From positions 192,001-256,000 of the forward strand of contig CBDBDQ010000005.1 of NCBI GenBank assembly GCA_965203905.1: DNA of 64,000 bases, given 5' to 3'. Below, one piece after another: positions 60,846 through 64,000 of the stretch. Under the pieces are notes generated by a model. The model had not been told where the DNA came from, made no database searches, and saw only the letters and a program-made list of their open reading frames with translations. Source of the DNA: Spirochaetia bacterium (lineage in GTDB: Bacteria > Spirochaetota > Spirochaetia > SZUA-6 > Bin103). Each line of letters starts with the position of its first letter. The stretch's first letter is position 1. The translations under genes were made by a program, and so were the position numbers.

Positions 60846-61457
60846 TTAGCCGGCGAAAGCGTTCAGGTAGGGGAGCCGGGCCGCGGTGGCGTCGATCCGG
60901 TCGCGGTTGGCGAGCAGCAGGGTGGTCGAGTCCCAGGTGCCGCGCACCAGGGCGTGGCGAGCCCCGTCCGGCATGTGAGCTGCGAACTGGAGCGCCCCAC
61001 CGGCCACCGTCCCCGCTTCGAGGTCTACGCTCACCTCGGTTTCCGGATGCTGTTCGACCAGCGCCTGCAGCCGTTCGACGTCGGCATCGGCGGCTCGTAC
61101 CGCGGGAATCCCCAGCACCGTGCAGTTGCCGGCGAAGATCTCCGCGAACGACACACCCACCAGGGCGCGGATGCCGAACCGCTGCAGCGCCTGCGGCGCG
61201 TGCTCGCGCGAGGAACCGCAGCCGAAGTTGCGCCCCACCAGCAGGATCGAGCCGCCCTCGTAGCGGGGGTCGTCGAATGGGTGAGTACGCCCGGCCTTGC
61301 GCTCGGCGGCGCGCTCGTCGATGAACGCGGCCTCTCCCAGGCCGTCGAAGGTCACGTTTTTCAGGTAGCGGGCGGGGATGATCCGATCGGTATCGATATC
61401 GTTGCCCGGCATCGGTATAGCGCGGCCGGTGGTCAGCGCACGCACGGCATCGCTCAT
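60846..61457 (-). CDS. leuD: 3-isopropylmalate dehydratase small subunit
   Basis: DIDTDRIIPARYL, NFGCGSSREHAP and SFAEIF.GN motifs. Confidence 0.96.
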   Translation of the reverse strand: MSDAVRALTTGRAIPMPGNDIDTDRIIPARYLKNVTFDGLGEAAFIDERAAERKAGRTHPFDDPRYEGGSILLVGRNFGCGSSREHAPQALQRFGIRALVGVSFAEIFAGNCTVLGIPAVRAADADVERLQALVEQHPETEVSVDLEAGTVAGGALQFAAHMPDGARHALVRGTWDSTTLLLANRDRIDATAARLPYLNAFAG

Positions 61458-61584
61458 GGCCGACTATCGACGGCCGAGCGCGGGCCGCCCTCCGATCGGA
61501 AGAATCGATATGGCAAGTACATCAGGGCCGTACCATATCCCAACACCGGCGACGACACCAGAGCCCCCAAGCCTCTCAAGCATC

Positions 61585-62031
61585 TCACGACTCACTCCCA
61601 ACACCGCCGATAACCGCGACCACGGGACCTAAGGCTCCCAGAAGGAAACGAAGGAAGTCTTCCAGGATACCATTAGTGCGATTGTCGGGCATCAGCCAGA
61701 CGCCTGCACGTGGCAGTAGCGTACTCCCGGGCGCTTCAAGAATAGTACCATCGACGAATGGTTCTTCCGGTACGTTCTCGTAACCTGCGCTCACAAAGAT
61801 GTCATGCACCGAACGCCACCGGGCATCGATTCGCTCGTCGGCATCCACCACAACGCCCACGACATCGCCCTCTTGGCTTGCTTTGAGCTGAACCGGGAAT
61901 GCTGCGAGAAGACTCTCCACGTCGCCGTGCGGACGTACGTCGTCCAGTTTCGGCACACCGCGATTGCCACATATATGCATCATTACGTGGGCATCGTTGT
62001 TGCCTTCGACGAGCAGTATCCTTCGGCTCAA
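61585..62031 (-). pseudogene. DUF3226-like TOPRIM protein, C-terminally truncated (cassette 4 partner)
   Basis: LLVEGNND, GVVVDAD and WLMPDN..GILEDFL motifs, then unrelated sequence; lacks the KA..H..LA region seen in the cassette 1 paralogue. Confidence 0.7.
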
Positions 62032-63131
62032 ATTCCGCGCACCTCGATTCTCTCTCGGGCAGCTACGGCGACTTCTTTTTCCGCAAATACCGTAGGCACG
62101 ATCTCGTCTCCTAGGCGTGTCAGGCGTAACAGGACACCAACTTCGGGACTTTCCTCGGCCGCCTGCTGGAACGCCTCGATCGTGTCCCAGCTATGCGTGG
62201 TTGCAAACACCTGCGTGTCGAGTCTCTGGGCCAAACAGAATATGATGCGCCATGCGTTGAGCTGAGCGGTATGGTGCAGCCCATTCTCGAATTCATCGAC
62301 CAACATCAGCCGGCCGCGGGCGTTCACGAGTGCAAGAATCATCGCGAACAAGCGATTCATCCCGTCGCCCAACAGTCGCATCGGAACGGGACGCGCCAAG
62401 TCGTCGGTTCGGACAAAGGCGGTACGCCGCATACGAGCCCCCTCTCCGCCCACCATCGTAACCTTGGATACGTGGGGATCGATGATCCGGAGCGCGTCCA
62501 CGACCTCCTGCTCGTTGTCGGAGAGTGCGATTCCATCCCACAGCGTCCCCAGCTCTGCAGTGCTGTCGCCGCTGTTCGCACCGATGAAGAAGCAGCCGAT
62601 CCCAGGGCGCCGTGAGCCAGACACATGAAGGGAAAAGCCTGAGTCGAGGTTTTCGATCTCATGGATACGGGTACCGGCGGGAGTCGTGATCACAATGGAA
62701 GCTGCACCCTCGGGTTCATCCGGACCGTGTTCCTCGAACCGAAGATTCCCTCTCTCGTCCCGCTTACGCGAGAACCAACTGACGTGAATTGACACTTCTT
62801 TGGGGTCAATGCCGCCGTCAGTGGAAATGACTAGTGGATCAGGACGTTCGGTTATTTCTGGGAATCCGTGGAACAGACCGGAGAACTGGTAGAGCGGACG
62901 GTCGGATTGTGCTGCTTCCGGTCCGGTACTATACTCCTCACGATTGCCAAGTATTCTTTGCAACTCATCGAGCGCTGCACCCGTAGCGAGAATACGGATC
63001 CCTTCGAGAAATGACGACTTTCCGGTGTTGTTCTTGCCGGTGATCAGATTCACGCGCCCGAGCCCTTGCACGTGCAACTTACGGAACGTGCGGAATCGCG
63101 CGAGAGTTACATTCTCGATCTTGATGTCCAT
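62028..63131 (-). CDS. ABC-type (AAA_15/AAA_21) ATPase of cassette 4
   Basis: GKNNTGKS, LGDGM, LVDEFENGLH, TTHS and IEVR C-terminus; GGAGGAGG SD. Confidence 0.88.
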   Translation of the reverse strand: MDIKIENVTLARFRTFRKLHVQGLGRVNLITGKNNTGKSSFLEGIRILATGAALDELQRILGNREEYSTGPEAAQSDRPLYQFSGLFHGFPEITERPDPLVISTDGGIDPKEVSIHVSWFSRKRDERGNLRFEEHGPDEPEGAASIVITTPAGTRIHEIENLDSGFSLHVSGSRRPGIGCFFIGANSGDSTAELGTLWDGIALSDNEQEVVDALRIIDPHVSKVTMVGGEGARMRRTAFVRTDDLARPVPMRLLGDGMNRLFAMILALVNARGRLMLVDEFENGLHHTAQLNAWRIIFCLAQRLDTQVFATTHSWDTIEAFQQAAEESPEVGVLLRLTRLGDEIVPTVFAEKEVAVAARERIEVRGI

Positions 63132-63215
63132 CGCAAGTGTCCTCCTCCACAGCGCCGGTCACGGCGTTTGGTGGACCCACCGTATCCCAACCAGCGGAAG
63201 TACACCGGAGTTCGG

Positions 63216-64000
63216 TCAGTTCAGCAGTTCGCGGACATCGGTGACGGCGCCATTTACGGCGGCGGCGGCGACCATGGCCGGACTCATCAGCAGGGTGCGG
63301 CCGGTGGGGGAACCCTGGCGGCCGATGAAGTTGCGGTTGGAGGAGGATGCGCTCACCTGCTCTCCCACCAGCTTGTCGGCGTTCATGGCCAGGCACATGG
63401 AGCAGCCGGCGCCGCGCCACTCGAACCCGGCCTCGGTGAAGACCTCCGGCAGCCCCTCGGCCGCCGCCTGCTGCGCGATCTGCCGGGAGCCGGGCACCAC
63501 CAGCGCCTTGACGCGCCGGTCGACCTTCTGGCCGCGCACCACACGTGCCGCCTCGCGCAGGTCGGTGAGGCGGCTGTTGGTGCAGGAGCCGATGAACGCC
63601 ACGTCGATCCTGGTGCCGGCGATGGGGTCGTTCTCGGTCAGGCCCATGTGCCGGTAGGCCGCGGCGGCCGTGTCCTTCTCATCGGCGGCCACGGCGGACA
63701 GCCGCGGCAGCCGGTCCGACACGCCCAGCGACTGGCCCGGGTTGATGCCCCAGGTGACCACCGGCTCGATCTCCTCCGCGCGCAGCACCACCTCGTCGTC
63801 GAACCGGGCATCGTCGGCCGAAGCGATCGAGCGCCAGTATTCGTCGGCGCGCTCCAGCGCCGCGCCGCTCGGGGCGTAGGGCCGGCCGCGCACGTAGTCG
63901 GCGGTGGTGCGGTCGGGGTTGACGTAGCCGACCCGCGCGCCGCCCTCGATGCTCATGTTGCAGATCGACATGCGCTCGTCCATCGACAGCGCCTCGACGG
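63216..64000 (-). CDS. leuC: 3-isopropylmalate dehydratase large subunit (5' end outside the window)
   Basis: [25 protein letters not shown] and [12 protein letters not shown] motifs. Confidence 0.96.
   Translation of the reverse strand, partial: VEALSMDERMSICNMSIEGGARVGYVNPDRTTADYVRGRPYAPSGAALERADEYWRSIASADDARFDDEVVLRAEEIEPVVTWGINPGQSLGVSDRLPRLSAVAADEKDTAAAAYRHMGLTENDPIAGTRIDVAFIGSCTNSRLTDLREAARVVRGQKVDRRVKALVVPGSRQIAQQAAAEGLPEVFTEAGFEWRGAGCSMCLAMNADKLVGEQVSASSSNRNFIGRQGSPTGRTLLMSPAMVAAAAVNGAVTDVRELLN

Overview
High-GC bacterial chromosome segment, most likely from a marine-sponge symbiont (inferred from a complete sup-type PKS cluster). In order along the window: (1) an HNH endonuclease gene; (2) a lower-GC Wzx/Wzy surface-polysaccharide locus (gnu-like epimerase, three glycosyltransferases, Wzy/ligase, TupA-like ATP-grasp, Wzx), flanked by a plant/fish-type glucuronokinase coupled to a sugar-1-P nucleotidyltransferase; (3) a large purine uptake and catabolism region (sigma-54-type promoter, two ABC importers, uraD, guaD, ade, pucL, uraH, xdhCAB, and further on an 8-oxoguanine-deaminase-like gene); (4) two sulfatase-fold genes and a PhyH dioxygenase; (5) the supABCDE cluster (ACP, PPTase, hydrolase, permease, 3416-aa PKS); (6) ilvD, an ABC-2 exporter, leuD and partial leuC. 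The most striking pattern is four separate lower-GC two-gene cassettes, each an ABC-type (AAA_15/AAA_21) ATPase plus a TOPRIM-like or PIN nuclease. They sit inside or between housekeeping operons with no integrase or transposase nearby, and two have a broken nuclease but an intact ATPase. No rRNA, tRNA or CRISPR array was recognised. All family calls come from motif recognition by eye, not database searches.
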